DNA from: Bacilli bacterium
GTDB taxonomy: Bacteria > Bacillota_I > Bacilli_A > RF39 > UBA660
Direction of reading: 5' to 3'
Length of the DNA: 64,000 nucleotides
Assembly: GCA_900771805.1 (NCBI GenBank)
Contig: CAAGPL010000045.1
Span: 90-64,089 of the forward strand
The notes below the pieces were generated by a model. That model was not told the origin of the DNA and did not search any database. It worked only from the letters and a program-made list of their open reading frames with translations. This document shows positions 10,764 to 21,708 of this stretch, in pieces. Position numbers and translations under genes: made by a program. Position 1 is the first letter of the stretch, and each line of letters starts with the position of its first letter.

Positions 10764-10791
10764 ATAAAAAAAGACATTTTATAATGTCTTT
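10764..10791 (-). terminator. Rho-independent terminator of tuf / str operon
   Basis: aagacatt-ttat-aatgtctt followed by a T run on the minus strand, 15 nt after the tuf stop. Confidence 0.7.
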
Positions 10792-10805
10792 TAATTTAAC
10801 CTTAA

Positions 10806-11990
10806 TTATGCATCAATTTTAGTAACTGTACCAGCACCAACAGTACGTCCACCTTCACGGATAGAGAATTTAGTACCATTTTCAAGTGCTATTGGAGCAA
10901 TTAACTCAACAGACATACTAACATTGTCACCTGGCATAACCATTTCAGTTCCTTCAGGTAATGTAACAACACCTGTTACGTCTGTAGTTCTGAAATAGAA
11001 TTGAGGTCTATAGTTTGAGAAGAATGGAGTATGACGTCCGCCTTCTTCTTTACTTAATACGTAAACTTGAGCTTCAAATTTAGTATGTGGAGTAACTGTT
11101 CCTGGTTTAGCAAGAACTTGTCCACGTTGTACTTGTTCACGAGAAATACCACGTAATAATACACCAGCATTATCTCCTGCTTCAGCAAAGTCAAGTTGTT
11201 TACGGAACATTTCAATACCAGTAACAACTGTCTTTTGAGTTTCTTTTAAACCAACGATTTCAACTTCGTCATTTAATTTTAATTGTCCACGTTCAACACG
11301 TCCTGTAACAACTGTACCACGACCTGTGATAGTAAATACATCTTCAATTGACATTAAGAATGGTTTTGTGTTGTCTCTTTCTGGAGTTGGAATCCATTCA
11401 TCAACAGCGTCCATTAATTCATCAATTTTCTTTTCGTATTCTGGATCTCCTTCTAATGCTTTTAATGCAGAACCACGAATAACTGGAGTATTATCTCCAT
11501 CAAATCCGTATTTAGATAATAGTTCACGAACATCCATTTCTACTAAGTCTAGCATTTCTGGATCGTCAACCATATCACACTTGTTCATGAATACAACGAT
11601 TCTTGGAACACCAACTTGACGAGCAAGTAAGATGTGTTCTTTAGTTTGAGCCATAGGACCATCTGTTGCAGCTAGAACTAAGATTGCTCCGTCCATTTGT
11701 GCAGCACCAGTGATCATGTTTTTAACATAGTCAGCGTGTCCTGGGCAGTCTACGTGAGCATAGTGACGTTTGTCAGTTTCATACTCAACGTGTGCAGTGT
11801 TAATTGTTATACCACGTTCTCTTTCTTCAGGAGCTTTATCGATATCTGCATAGTCTTCGAATTTAGCTTGTCCCTTTTCAGCTAATCTTTTAGTGATTGC
11901 AGCTGTTAAAGTAGTTTTACCATGGTCAACGTGTCCAATAGTACCAATATTAACATGTGGTTTTGAACGATCAAATTTTTCTTTTGCCAT
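10806..11990 (-). CDS. tuf: Elongation factor Tu
   Basis: 394 aa. [17 protein letters not shown] and NKCD motifs. Visibly higher GC than surrounding DNA. Confidence 0.99.
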   Translation of the reverse strand: MAKEKFDRSKPHVNIGTIGHVDHGKTTLTAAITKRLAEKGQAKFEDYADIDKAPEERERGITINTAHVEYETDKRHYAHVDCPGHADYVKNMITGAAQMDGAILVLAATDGPMAQTKEHILLARQVGVPRIVVFMNKCDMVDDPEMLDLVEMDVRELLSKYGFDGDNTPVIRGSALKALEGDPEYEKKIDELMDAVDEWIPTPERDNTKPFLMSIEDVFTITGRGTVVTGRVERGQLKLNDEVEIVGLKETQKTVVTGIEMFRKQLDFAEAGDNAGVLLRGISREQVQRGQVLAKPGTVTPHTKFEAQVYVLSKEEGGRHTPFFSNYRPQFYFRTTDVTGVVTLPEGTEMVMPGDNVSMSVELIAPIALENGTKFSIREGGRTVGAGTVTKIDA

Positions 11991-12035
11991 AATTTTTTCC
12001 TCCTATATATAAATTACATATCTATTTTATCTAAT

Positions 12036-12066
12036 CTAAGGAAAAATATCAAGTATTTTTCCTTAG
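12036..12066 (-). promoter_or_regulatory. Perfect 13-bp hairpin in the fusA-tuf spacer
   Basis: ctaaggaaaaata-tcaag-tatttttccttag. Not followed by a clear T run, so a processing site or partial terminator is possible. Confidence 0.35.
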
Positions 12067-12075
12067 TATTATTTA

Positions 12076-14148
12076 TTATTGTGCACCATTTTTCTTAATG
12101 ATGTCTTCTGAAATACTCTTAGGTACTTCTTCATAGTGATCAAAGAACATAATGAATGTACCACGTCCTTGAGTATTTGATCTTAAACTTGTTGCATAAC
12201 CAAACATTTCAGATAATGGTACGTAAGCATTGATCTTAAGTGAGTTACCTTGTGCTTCTTGTCCCATTGGACGTCCACGACGAGATGTAACATCACCCAT
12301 TACGTTACCTAAGTATTCTTCTGGAACTACTATATCAACTTTCATTATTGGTTCAAGTAAAACTGGTTTACAGTTTTTCTTAGCTTCCTTAAGTGCTAAA
12401 GAAGCAGCAACTTTAAATGCCATTTCGTTAGAGTCAACATCATGATATGAACCATCAAATAATGTTGCTTTAACATCTATCATAGGATATCCAGCTAAAA
12501 CACCTGTTTTCATAGCTTCTTGTAATCCCTTGTCTACTACTGGGATGTATTCACGAGGAACAACACCACCAACTATAGCATCAACGAATTCATATCCTTC
12601 ATCTTTATTTGGTTCAAATTTAACCCAAACGTGACCATATTGTCCACGTCCACCTGATTGTTTAATATATTTACCTTCACAATCACCTGCTTGAGTTAAA
12701 GTTTCACGATAAGCAACTTGTGGTTTACCAACATTTGCTTCTACACCAAATTCTCTTCTCATTCTATCTACTAATACATCTAAGTGTAACTCACCCATAC
12801 CAGATATAACAGTTTGTCCTGATTCTTGATCAGTTTCTGCTTTAAATGTTGGGTCTTCTTCTGCTAACTTTTGAAGTGCAGTAGACATTTTTTCTTGGTC
12901 TCCCTTACTTTTTGGCTCAATTGCAATTGAGATAACAGGTTCAGGAATAACCATTTTTTCTAATATTACTGGATGTTTTTCATCACATAATGTATCACCA
13001 GTAGTTGTATTTTTAAGTCCTACAGCAGCAGCTATATCACCTGCATATACTTCTGATATTTCAGTACGATTATTAGCATGCATTTGTAAAATACGTCCAA
13101 TTCTTTCTTTAACGCCTTTATTTGCATTAAGAACATATGAACCACTCTTTAGTGTACCTGAATATACACGGAAGAATGATAACCTACCAACAAATGGGTC
13201 TGTCATAATCTTGAATGCTAAAGCTGAAAATGGTTCACTATCTGATGCATGTCTTAATACTTCGTGATCATTTTCATCGTGACCCTTAATTGATGGAATA
13301 TCAGTTGGTGCAGGTAAGTAATCTATTACAGCATCAAGCATTAACTTAACACCAATGTTTCCAAGTGCAGTACCGCACATTACTGGGAACATCTTAACTG
13401 CAAGAACACCTTTTCTGATTGCTCTTTTAATTAAGTCAACAGAAATTTCAGCACCCTCTAAGTATTTTTCCATTAATTCTTCATCAAATTCAGCAGCATC
13501 TTCAATCATTTCAGTTCTCTTTTGTTCTGCAATTTCTTTTAAATCCGCTGGAATTTCGATTTCAGTAGGGTTTTCTTCTGGTTTACCATCATAATGGTAA
13601 GCCTTCATTGTAACTAAGTCAATTATGCCATTAAATTCTGATTCGGCACCAATTGGCCATTGGATTGCTGTTGCTTTTACTCCTAATCTTGATTTTATTG
13701 ATTCAACACTAGTTTTAAAGTCAGCACCCATTTTATCCATCTTGTTTGAGAAAACAAGTCGTGGAACTTGCATTTCAGTTGCTTGACGCCAAACATTTTC
13801 AGTTTGTGGTTCTACACCATTTTGTGAGTCAAGTACTGTAACAGCTCCATCTAATACTCTAAGTGATCTAGTAACTTCGATTGTAAAATCTACGTGTCCT
13901 GGAGTATCAATTATATTTAAACGATTACCTTTCCAAAATGCTGTTGTTGCAGCAGATGTAATTGTAATTCCACGTTCTTTTTCTTGCTCCATCCAGTCCA
14001 TTTGTGATTCACCATCATGAGTTTCACCTAGTTTATGAATCTTATGAGTATGAAATAAAACACGCTCTGTACATGTAGTTTTTCCGGCATCAACGTGTGC
14101 CATTATTCCTATATTACGAGTGTTTTGTAATGAATATTCACGAGCCAT
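12076..14148 (-). CDS. fusA: Elongation factor G
   Basis: 690 aa. [22 protein letters not shown] and NKMDK motifs. Confidence 0.99.
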   Translation of the reverse strand: MAREYSLQNTRNIGIMAHVDAGKTTCTERVLFHTHKIHKLGETHDGESQMDWMEQEKERGITITSAATTAFWKGNRLNIIDTPGHVDFTIEVTRSLRVLDGAVTVLDSQNGVEPQTENVWRQATEMQVPRLVFSNKMDKMGADFKTSVESIKSRLGVKATAIQWPIGAESEFNGIIDLVTMKAYHYDGKPEENPTEIEIPADLKEIAEQKRTEMIEDAAEFDEELMEKYLEGAEISVDLIKRAIRKGVLAVKMFPVMCGTALGNIGVKLMLDAVIDYLPAPTDIPSIKGHDENDHEVLRHASDSEPFSALAFKIMTDPFVGRLSFFRVYSGTLKSGSYVLNANKGVKERIGRILQMHANNRTEISEVYAGDIAAAVGLKNTTTGDTLCDEKHPVILEKMVIPEPVISIAIEPKSKGDQEKMSTALQKLAEEDPTFKAETDQESGQTVISGMGELHLDVLVDRMRREFGVEANVGKPQVAYRETLTQAGDCEGKYIKQSGGRGQYGHVWVKFEPNKDEGYEFVDAIVGGVVPREYIPVVDKGLQEAMKTGVLAGYPMIDVKATLFDGSYHDVDSNEMAFKVAASLALKEAKKNCKPVLLEPIMKVDIVVPEEYLGNVMGDVTSRRGRPMGQEAQGNSLKINAYVPLSEMFGYATSLRSNTQGRGTFIMFFDHYEEVPKSISEDIIKKNGAQ

Positions 14149-14162
14149 ATACTAATCCTTTC

Positions 14163-14630
14163 TTACCAACGATAATGTGCAAATGCTTTATTAGCTTCTG
14201 CCATTCTGTGAGTATCATCTTTTTTCTTAACTGAAGCTCCTGTTCCGTTTGAAGCATCAATTAATTCATTAGCTAATTTTTCAGCCATAGTTTTACCACC
14301 ACGAGATCTAGTTGCATTAACAATCCAACGAAGTGCTAAAGCTTGTGCTCTATCTGGTTTAACTTCAACTGGAACTTGATAGTTAGCTCCACCAACACGA
14401 CGAGCTTTAACTTCTAATGCTGGAGTTACGTTTTCCATAGCTTTTTTAAATACGTCATTTGCGTTTTCTCCGGTTCTTTCATGAATCATATCAAACGCAT
14501 CATAAACGATTGTTTCTGCTTTACCACGTTTACCATCTAGCATAATTTGATTAATTAACTTAGTAATTACTTTTGAATTATAGACTGGATCTGGTAATAC
14601 GTCTCTTTTAACAGCACGTCTTTTACGCAT
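14163..14630 (-). CDS. rpsG: 30S ribosomal protein S7
   Basis: 155 aa. [14 protein letters not shown]...[10 protein letters not shown]. Confidence 0.98.
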   Translation of the reverse strand: MRKRRAVKRDVLPDPVYNSKVITKLINQIMLDGKRGKAETIVYDAFDMIHERTGENANDVFKKAMENVTPALEVKARRVGGANYQVPVEVKPDRAQALALRWIVNATRSRGGKTMAEKLANELIDASNGTGASVKKKDDTHRMAEANKAFAHYRW

Positions 14631-14669
14631 ATATTATCCTCCTTTTATTATTATGTCTATTTGTTATTT

Positions 14670-15083
14670 TTACTTTTTAGGTCTTTTAGCACCATACTTA
14701 GATCTTGCTTGTTTTCTATCTGCAACACCTTGAGTATCTAAAGTACCTCTTATGATGTGATAACGCACACCGATTAAGTCTTTTACACGACCACCACGTA
14801 TCAATACAACGCTATGTTCCTGTAAATTATGTCCTTGTCCTGGAATATAAGCAGTTACTTCATAGCCATTACTTAAACGTACACGAGCATACTTACGTAA
14901 TGCTGAGTTTGGTTTCTTTGGTGTCATAGTACCAACACGAGTACAAACCCCACGTTTTTGTGGTGAAGAAGAAGGTACGTTTTTCTTCTTTAAAGTATTA
15001 GTTCTAACTAGTAAAACTGGTGCTTTTGGCTTACGAGTCTTCTTTTTTCTCCCATGACGAAGAATTTGGTTTATTGTAGGCAT
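14670..15083 (-). CDS. rpsL: 30S ribosomal protein S12
   Basis: 137 aa. MPTINQILR...[10 protein letters not shown]...VRYHIIRG. Confidence 0.98.
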   Translation of the reverse strand: MPTINQILRHGRKKKTRKPKAPVLLVRTNTLKKKNVPSSSPQKRGVCTRVGTMTPKKPNSALRKYARVRLSNGYEVTAYIPGQGHNLQEHSVVLIRGGRVKDLIGVRYHIIRGTLDTQGVADRKQARSKYGAKRPKK

Positions 15084-15175
15084 ATTTTCTACTCCTTTCT
15101 TAACACACTACCTGGTGTTTCTTTTTTGATATATTTTTAAGTCTTACAAAGTAAGACTTAATTAATCAGCTTATT

Positions 15176-15206
15176 TAATATAACACTTTTTTATGTTTTT
15201 TGTCAA
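15176..15206 (-). promoter_or_regulatory. Candidate sigma-A promoter of the str operon
   Basis: Minus strand reads TTGACA, about 18 nt, TATATT, roughly 95 nt upstream of the rpsL ATG. A 9-bp hairpin (aagtcttac/gtaagactt) lies in the leader. Confidence 0.45.
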
Positions 15207-15224
15207 TAGTTTAATTAAGTTTTA

Positions 15225-15449
15225 TTACTCAGCTTTTGCTGCACTAATATTACTTTTTAAACCATATTTTTGGTTAAACTTCTCAGCTCTACCAGTCTTT
15301 GATTGCATAGTTGCTTGACCAGTATAGAATGGATGACACTTAAAGCAAGATTCTACATGTATTTTATCCTTAGTAGATTTTGTTTCAAATGTATTTCCAC
15401 AAGTACATGTAACTGTAGAAGTCATATAAATACTTTCTTTCTTAGGCAT
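15225..15449 (-). CDS. rpmE: 50S ribosomal protein L31 (Cys-containing type A)
   Basis: CTCGNTF...[10 protein letters not shown]...[10 protein letters not shown]. Start moved to ATG at 15449, which is preceded by aaaggag; the longer track ORF has no RBS. Confidence 0.9.
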   Translation of the reverse strand: MPKKESIYMTSTVTCTCGNTFETKSTKDKIHVESCFKCHPFYTGQATMQSKTGRAEKFNQKYGLKSNISAAKAE

Positions 15450-15524
15450 TTTTCTAGCTCCTTTCGCCATGACCTTGTATAAAGTCATAGATATAAAATC
15501 CTTTATATTATAACAATTGTTTTA

Positions 15525-16286
15525 TTATTTTGCAAGTGTTTTTTTATCAATTAACTTAATTACACTTTTAGCCATTGCTTTATATCCATCCTTTGTTGGA
15601 TGAATTTCAAATTTACTAGGAAGATAAGAATCATTTGCCAAAAATTTATCATGTATATCTATATATGTCATATTATATTTTTTAGTTAATCCCTGCATTT
15701 TTCCATTTGCATAAATAATTATAGGCTCAACCATATCAGATAAATTAGAAGAAAAAGATGTAAAAGGATTATAAAATCCAAAAACCATTATTTGCTCCTT
15801 ACAAGATTTTCTAAGTTCATAAAGAAGTTTATCTATATCCTTAAAAGATTCATCTACATATGTATATAGATCTTCAAATTCATCTAAATTAAATTCATTT
15901 CCTAAATTTAATTTATAAAACAAATCATTAGAGCCTATACTAAGTGTTACTACATCCGCTTTAATTAAAGCATGTTTTAAAGTTATGTTTTTACCCTCTA
16001 CTTTTATTTTTTTATTATTATTTAAATCATTAAGTAAATCAATACTACGATATCCACTCTTTGAAAAATTTTTAGTATAAAATTCAAGTAGCTTTCTATC
16101 TTTTAAATACTCAGAAACATAATCTCCATAACTTTTATCTATTGTATTATATGGTGTTTGACCTGCTGCAAGAGAATCACCAAGTGACAAATAATATATT
16201 TTTTTATCCTTAGTTGCTATAAAAATACATATTAAAATAATTCCAGTTATTATAAACCCCAATATTAGTTTATATCTTCTTTTCAA
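15525..16286 (-). CDS. SGNH/GDSL-family hydrolase, membrane-anchored
   Basis: 253 aa with an N-terminal TM helix. LGDSLAAG (block I Ser) and SIGSNDL (block III). TTG start preceded by ggggtga. Confidence 0.7.
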   Translation of the reverse strand: MKRRYKLILGFIITGIILICIFIATKDKKIYYLSLGDSLAAGQTPYNTIDKSYGDYVSEYLKDRKLLEFYTKNFSKSGYRSIDLLNDLNNNKKIKVEGKNITLKHALIKADVVTLSIGSNDLFYKLNLGNEFNLDEFEDLYTYVDESFKDIDKLLYELRKSCKEQIMVFGFYNPFTSFSSNLSDMVEPIIIYANGKMQGLTKKYNMTYIDIHDKFLANDSYLPSKFEIHPTKDGYKAMAKSVIKLIDKKTLAK

Positions 16287-16324
16287 AATTAATCACCCCA
16301 AAATAAAATAGTATTTTAACAATA

Positions 16325-17584
16325 CTATTTTATTTCTTCTAATCTTATTTTAGCACCAATATTAGTTAATTTTTCTATTATATTTTCATATCCCCTTAAT
16401 ATATAATCAGCATTTGATATAACTGTTGTCCCACTAGCCATTAAACCTGCAATAACAAGTGATGCACCTGCTCTTAAATCACTTGCTGAAACATTACTCC
16501 CAGTAAGATTAACAGGTCCTTCTATAATAGCTTTTGAATTAGTTAAAATACTTGTTTTAGCACCCATTTTATTTAATTCGCTCAAATTTAAAAATCTATT
16601 TTCCCAAATTGTTTCATTTATAGTAGATTTACCATATGCTTTTGTTAAAAGAGTTGCCATAGGCTGCTGTAAATCAGTTGGAAAGCCCGGATAAACTTGT
16701 GTTTTAATATTTACTGGAAATAATTTTTTAGGTGCACTAATTTTTATAAAATCAACACCTATTTGCATAGGAACACCCATTTCATCTAACTTTGATATTA
16801 AAGATTCAACATGATCAGGGATTATATTTGTAATAGTTATATCACGTCCAATAGCACTTGCCAAAATCATATATGTTCCAGTTTCAATATAATCTGGTAC
16901 CACCTCATGGAAACAAGAGTGCAAATAATCTACTCCTACAATTTTAATTTCACTTGTACCTGCACCCGTTATTTTTGCACCCATATTATTTAAAAATGTT
17001 GCAACATTTACTATATGAGGTTCCTTTGCTGCATTTGATATAATAGTTGTTCCATTAGCCTTTACAGCAGCTAACATAAGGTTTATTGTGGCCCCAACTG
17101 ATGCAAAATCTAAATTTATCTTTGCTCCTGTTAATTTATCTGCAGTAATTACAAATAAATTATCTTTTTCAACTATCTTTGCTCCTAATAACTCAAAACC
17201 TTTCAAATGAAGATTTATTGGTCTTGCACCTATTTTACAACCACCTGGAAAATACATTTCTACCTTTTTAAATTTACTTAAAAGTGCTCCCATAAAATAA
17301 TATGAAGCTCTTAGCTTTTTTGATATTTCCTCTGGTATTAATTTATTTTGAATATTAGATGAATCTATTTTCATAACATCATCTTGTTTGGTTACTGTAG
17401 CTCCTAAAAAATCAAGCATTTCCTCTAGTGCATCTATATCAGAAATATTAGGAACATTAGCTATCGATACTTCTTCATCACATAAAACTGCCGCAGGAAC
17501 AAGTGCAACAGCACTATTTTTAGAACCACTAATTTTTACCTTTCCACTTAATTCATTATTACCATCAATTATTATTCTGTGCAT
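16325..17584 (-). CDS. murA: UDP-N-acetylglucosamine 1-carboxyvinyltransferase
   Basis: ISGSKNS, GGCKIGARPINLH and RGYENIIEKL motifs. Start set at ATG 17584 (MHRIIIDG), preceded by ggaggag. Confidence 0.95.
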   Translation of the reverse strand: MHRIIIDGNNELSGKVKISGSKNSAVALVPAAVLCDEEVSIANVPNISDIDALEEMLDFLGATVTKQDDVMKIDSSNIQNKLIPEEISKKLRASYYFMGALLSKFKKVEMYFPGGCKIGARPINLHLKGFELLGAKIVEKDNLFVITADKLTGAKINLDFASVGATINLMLAAVKANGTTIISNAAKEPHIVNVATFLNNMGAKITGAGTSEIKIVGVDYLHSCFHEVVPDYIETGTYMILASAIGRDITITNIIPDHVESLISKLDEMGVPMQIGVDFIKISAPKKLFPVNIKTQVYPGFPTDLQQPMATLLTKAYGKSTINETIWENRFLNLSELNKMGAKTSILTNSKAIIEGPVNLTGSNVSASDLRAGASLVIAGLMASGTTVISNADYILRGYENIIEKLTNIGAKIRLEEIK

Positions 17585-17641
17585 ATTACTCCTCCATAAC
17601 CTACATTGTATTTTATTAAAATTTACCAAAAATGTGATTAA

Positions 17642-18481
17642 TTAGCCCTTATTTTTTGATTCAATAATTTCATTTTTATGATGAATAACTTGTCTTAAAG
17701 AATCAAAACCAGATAATATTATATCCCTAGGGTCATATATATCTTTATTTAAATTTAAATAACTTCTTACACTTTTACTCCATGCATACATTAAATCTGT
17801 ATTAAAATTAACCTTACATACTCCACAAAAAATAGCTGTTTTAAGTTTATTAGCATCTAAAGAGGAAGCACCATGCAAAACCAAAGGAATTTTAACTTCT
17901 TTACTTATTGCACCTAAAAGTTCAAAATCTAATTTATTATCTTCATTATAAAAACCATGAACATTTCCTATTGATGGAGCAAAAGAATCAATTTGAGTTG
18001 TTAAAACAAAATCTCTACATTTTTCTATATCAGAAAATACACTCTTAAATTGTTCATCCCCTATACTGCCTAATTCGGCTTCAACTGTTACATTATGCTT
18101 TTTAGCATAGCAAACAACATTACTTGTTATTTCAACATTTTTTAAATACTCTTCTTTTGATAAGTCAATCATAACAGAAGTAAAACCTGCATCAATTGCA
18201 TCTTTACAAGATAAAAAACAGCTTGCATGATCCAAATGAAGCACAACAGGTATTTTTATATTTAAATCATCAATTAATGCTTTAACGACAGAAACAACTG
18301 TTTTATACCCGCCAAAATAACGAATAGATTTTTCTGATACAGAAAGAATTACAGGGCTTTTATCCTTTTCACATTCTTCTAATATAATTTTAGTCCATTC
18401 TAAATTATTAATATTATAAGCAGGTAATGCATACCCTTCTTTTTGTGCCTTAAAAAAAAGACTATTACTATTTACTAACAT
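17642..18481 (-). CDS. fba: Class II fructose-bisphosphate aldolase
   Basis: YALPAYNINNLEW, LHLDH, SVMID and LVLHGAS motifs. Start set at ATG 18481 (MLVNSN), preceded by agaggatga. Confidence 0.9.
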   Translation of the reverse strand: MLVNSNSLFFKAQKEGYALPAYNINNLEWTKIILEECEKDKSPVILSVSEKSIRYFGGYKTVVSVVKALIDDLNIKIPVVLHLDHASCFLSCKDAIDAGFTSVMIDLSKEEYLKNVEITSNVVCYAKKHNVTVEAELGSIGDEQFKSVFSDIEKCRDFVLTTQIDSFAPSIGNVHGFYNEDNKLDFELLGAISKEVKIPLVLHGASSLDANKLKTAIFCGVCKVNFNTDLMYAWSKSVRSYLNLNKDIYDPRDIILSGFDSLRQVIHHKNEIIESKNKG

Positions 18482-18572
18482 AATATCATCCTCTAATATA
18501 ATTTTAGTATATTTTGATATTTTAGTCAAAGAAAAACACCAGAATTTACATTCTAGTGTATAGTATTATTAT

Positions 18573-19805
18573 TTAATTTAAAGTTTTTGAATAACCATAA
18601 TTTTCAGAATCAACATATGTGTTAACTGTAAATTCTTCTATTACATCTCCACCATTTTCAGTCCAATCTTTAGGAATATCATCTGGATTAACTGGTACAA
18701 CAAATTCACTTTCTTCTATAATAGTAGTTGATTCTTTTATAGGATTATTATTTTTATCTACTAAAGTTGTTTCTTTATTATAAGGAGAATTAGTAACTTT
18801 TTTTCCTCCACTTTCTACGACTTTAGTTTCATCTTTGACTGTAGGATAATTTTTAGCTCTTTCTTCTGCTTTTTCTTTATCCTCTTTTTTATATTTTTCT
18901 TCTAATTTTATCTCATTTTTTGCAAATGTACCGCTATTGATACCTTCTTTTATAGTATCTGAAATTCTTAAATTTTCAGATATAGTACCAAACATTTTTT
19001 TCTTAGACATTTCAAGTATTGAATAAGCATCATTTAAATCATTTGCTTTTTCTTCACTTAAAAATCTAGCAAATAAAGAAGATTTGTTTTTAAATTCTTG
19101 AAACACAATAACCTTATCTTCAGTTGAAAAATTTGAAGCACATGCCTCTAAATATAAAGCATAATATTTATTTGCAGTATCACTTAATTTTGATATATCT
19201 TTATTTATAATATTATCTGTTTGTTCTTTACAAATTAATGCTAAATTCATTAATAATTTCTTAGTATCATTATATTCCGGCATAAACATATAACCATAAA
19301 CCATAGAAGTAATATCTCGAGTTAAATCTCTTTTTATATCTTCATCCATAAAACCACTTATTATACTATAATAATCTTCTATATAATCATTTAATGTAAC
19401 TGGTAAACATAAAGTTAAATTATTTTGAATATACATAAATTTATCATCATCAGTAATAGTTTTTTCAGGATAAGTTATTTTGTCATACATACCATTATAT
19501 AAATATATTGTATTTTTTATATCTTCCTTACTATATTCTTTTTCTGAAATTTCATATATATCATTTGCTCTTTTTGACACTTCAGCATCATTATTTATAT
19601 CAAAATCATAAGATAAATATAAGTCTTTATTTTCATACACTTCATTTTGTAAACTAGATGTAGTATCAACAGGCTTTTTTAACTTTTTATTGCAAGCTAT
19701 TTTAGTACCACCGATTATTATTGCACCTGTAACTACTAAAGCAGTTATTGTTATAGCTTTCTTTTTCTTATCATATGGTTGTTTATTAATATCCATGTGT
19801 TCCAT
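18573..19805 (-). CDS. Hypothetical membrane-anchored protein
   Basis: 410-aa ORF with one N-terminal TM helix (ITITALVVTGAIIIGG). The rest is extracytoplasmic-looking. No family recognised. Confidence 0.5.
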   Translation of the reverse strand: MEHMDINKQPYDKKKKAITITALVVTGAIIIGGTKIACNKKLKKPVDTTSSLQNEVYENKDLYLSYDFDINNDAEVSKRANDIYEISEKEYSKEDIKNTIYLYNGMYDKITYPEKTITDDDKFMYIQNNLTLCLPVTLNDYIEDYYSIISGFMDEDIKRDLTRDITSMVYGYMFMPEYNDTKKLLMNLALICKEQTDNIINKDISKLSDTANKYYALYLEACASNFSTEDKVIVFQEFKNKSSLFARFLSEEKANDLNDAYSILEMSKKKMFGTISENLRISDTIKEGINSGTFAKNEIKLEEKYKKEDKEKAEERAKNYPTVKDETKVVESGGKKVTNSPYNKETTLVDKNNNPIKESTTIIEESEFVVPVNPDDIPKDWTENGGDVIEEFTVNTYVDSENYGYSKTLN

Positions 19806-19854
19806 TCAAAACGCCCCCTTTTGTTTGAATGCCTCATATAGTAGCACTATTTCG

Positions 19855-20346
19855 TTATTTTGTCAATATCCACACAGAATAAAAAAGTAAAATAATACCA
19901 CCTAATAAAAACGAATATCTTCCTATCTTTTTAGATAGTTTTTTACCAAGTTCAAAACCTAATAATGTAAAAAATGAACTTATAATGCAAAAAATAAGGC
20001 AAGATAAAATAATATTATAACTTAAATAACTAAGACCTAAGCCAATAGATAAACTATCAAAACTTACGGATATTGCAAATAAAAAAACACCTATTATATC
20101 TAACTTTCTTATTTTTTCTCTATCATCAAAAAAGTGAGTAACCATATCTAAAGAAAGAAAAAGAAAAACAAAAAACATTATAAATTTAGGTTTCAAAACA
20201 GTATATGAAAATAAAGAAATACCAAAATAATTACCTAAAAGAGGCATAAAGAAATGAAAAAATCCAACTGTTATTGCAGTTATTAAAATCTCTTTTAAAG
20301 CAATACCTTTTATTCCATATGAAAATGCTAAAGAAAAAGCATCCAT
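19855..20346 (-). CDS. ytaF: YtaF-like sporulation membrane protein / MntP-family transporter
   Basis: Polytopic membrane protein with SMDAFS.. near the N-terminus and a second DS(L/F)S half-repeat. The frame stays open 15 codons upstream (FIIINIILIAISLS) behind RBS ggaaggtga, so a non-ATG start near 20386-20391 is likely. Confidence 0.6.
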   Translation of the reverse strand: MDAFSLAFSYGIKGIALKEILITAITVGFFHFFMPLLGNYFGISLFSYTVLKPKFIMFFVFLFLSLDMVTHFFDDREKIRKLDIIGVFLFAISVSFDSLSIGLGLSYLSYNIILSCLIFCIISSFFTLLGFELGKKLSKKIGRYSFLLGGIILLFYSVWILTK

Positions 20347-20421
20347 ACTTAAACTAATTGCTATTAATATAATGTTTATGATAATAAATCACCTTCCTAT
20401 ATTAATAATATTGCAATTAGT

Positions 20422-20952
20422 TTAAAAATATTTTTCTATTATTTCTTTTATAAAAGATTTATATTCTATATCACTAGTATTAGTGGTTTCTTCAGCTTCT
20501 AAAAGACATAAAGGAGGAAATAATACGCACCACCAATTATCGCCTTCACCACTACCTAAAGTGACTAATAAAGATTCATATTCTCCTGCTTCATATGTAA
20601 TTCCTTTATATTTTTTCTCTGGAAATGGGTGCATACCATAATCTATTGTGTAAGAATACTCTTTATCTTTCATTTCCGTATTTAATATATCATTAAAATT
20701 ATCCATGTTCCCAATTATTAAGTTTCTTGCTTGTTTAGAAGATTTTGCATTTTCTAATAAGGTATAAAGTTCTTTTTGCATTTTATCTCTTACTTCTTCT
20801 TTTATTTTTTGATCTCTTAAAGAATTACTGTTAGCTAAAACCCTAAATCTAATTGCAGAATCTGGAAGTTTTACCTCTTCATTCTTTTTTGATTTATTAT
20901 AAACAGAAAATATCATTAATCCAGCAAGAAATATAAGTATTATTTTTTTCAT
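20422..20952 (-). CDS. spoIIR: Stage II sporulation protein R
   Basis: 176 aa with a signal/anchor. IRFRVLANSNS..DQ..K..VRD and GEGDNWWCVLFPPLC motifs are diagnostic. Confidence 0.9.
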   Translation of the reverse strand: MKKIILIFLAGLMIFSVYNKSKKNEEVKLPDSAIRFRVLANSNSLRDQKIKEEVRDKMQKELYTLLENAKSSKQARNLIIGNMDNFNDILNTEMKDKEYSYTIDYGMHPFPEKKYKGITYEAGEYESLLVTLGSGEGDNWWCVLFPPLCLLEAEETTNTSDIEYKSFIKEIIEKYF

Positions 20953-20990
20953 TTAAAAATCACCCTCTATTAACTAGTGAGTGATTTATT

Positions 20991-21704
20991 TTAATTATAT
21001 ACAAAAACAAACCTATTTTTATCCGACAAATCCTTTTTTATTTCTACTTTTACATCTTTTAGATATTTATGTGCTAATTCTTTAACATCATCACCTTGCT
21101 TTTCTCCTATTTCAAATGCTATTAAAAACTTATCTTTTAATACTTTGCTTGCATTTTTTAATATTTCTTCATAATAAAACAATCCGTTATTTGGAGCATA
21201 AAGTGCTATTTCTGGCTCGTTATCCTTAACTATTTTTTCTATTTCCTCATCTTCCTTTATATACGGCGGATTACTAACTAATATGTCTACCTTTATATTT
21301 TTATCTATATAAGGTTTTAACATATCTCCCAAAAGCAATGATACTTTTGAATTAGTTTTTTCTACATTTTTTCTTGCTACTTCTATAGCTTTAGGACTTA
21401 TGTCACTTGCATATACAGGCAAATTAAGCTCTTTTGAAAGTGCTATTGCAATTGCACCAGTTCCTGTTCCTACATCAATTATAGAGGGTTTATTAAGCCT
21501 TTTGGCATATTTTATAACATATTCTACTAATTCTTCAGTCTCTCTTCTAGGTATTAAAACGTTTTTATTAACATCTAACGTATATCCATAAAAATCCACA
21601 TTCCCCACTATATACTGAACAGGTTCATTATTCCAAAGCCTTTTAATAGCATCTTTTATATCGCCTTTATAATACTTTTTTAAATATTCTATTTCTTTTT
21701 CCAT
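20991..21704 (-). CDS. prmC: Release-factor glutamine N5-methyltransferase
   Basis: VLIPRRETE, DVGTGTGAIAI and SNPPY motifs. Lies near prfA. Confidence 0.9.
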   Translation of the reverse strand: MEKEIEYLKKYYKGDIKDAIKRLWNNEPVQYIVGNVDFYGYTLDVNKNVLIPRRETEELVEYVIKYAKRLNKPSIIDVGTGTGAIAIALSKELNLPVYASDISPKAIEVARKNVEKTNSKVSLLLGDMLKPYIDKNIKVDILVSNPPYIKEDEEIEKIVKDNEPEIALYAPNNGLFYYEEILKNASKVLKDKFLIAFEIGEKQGDDVKELAHKYLKDVKVEIKKDLSDKNRFVFVYN

Positions 21705-21708
21705 ATAA

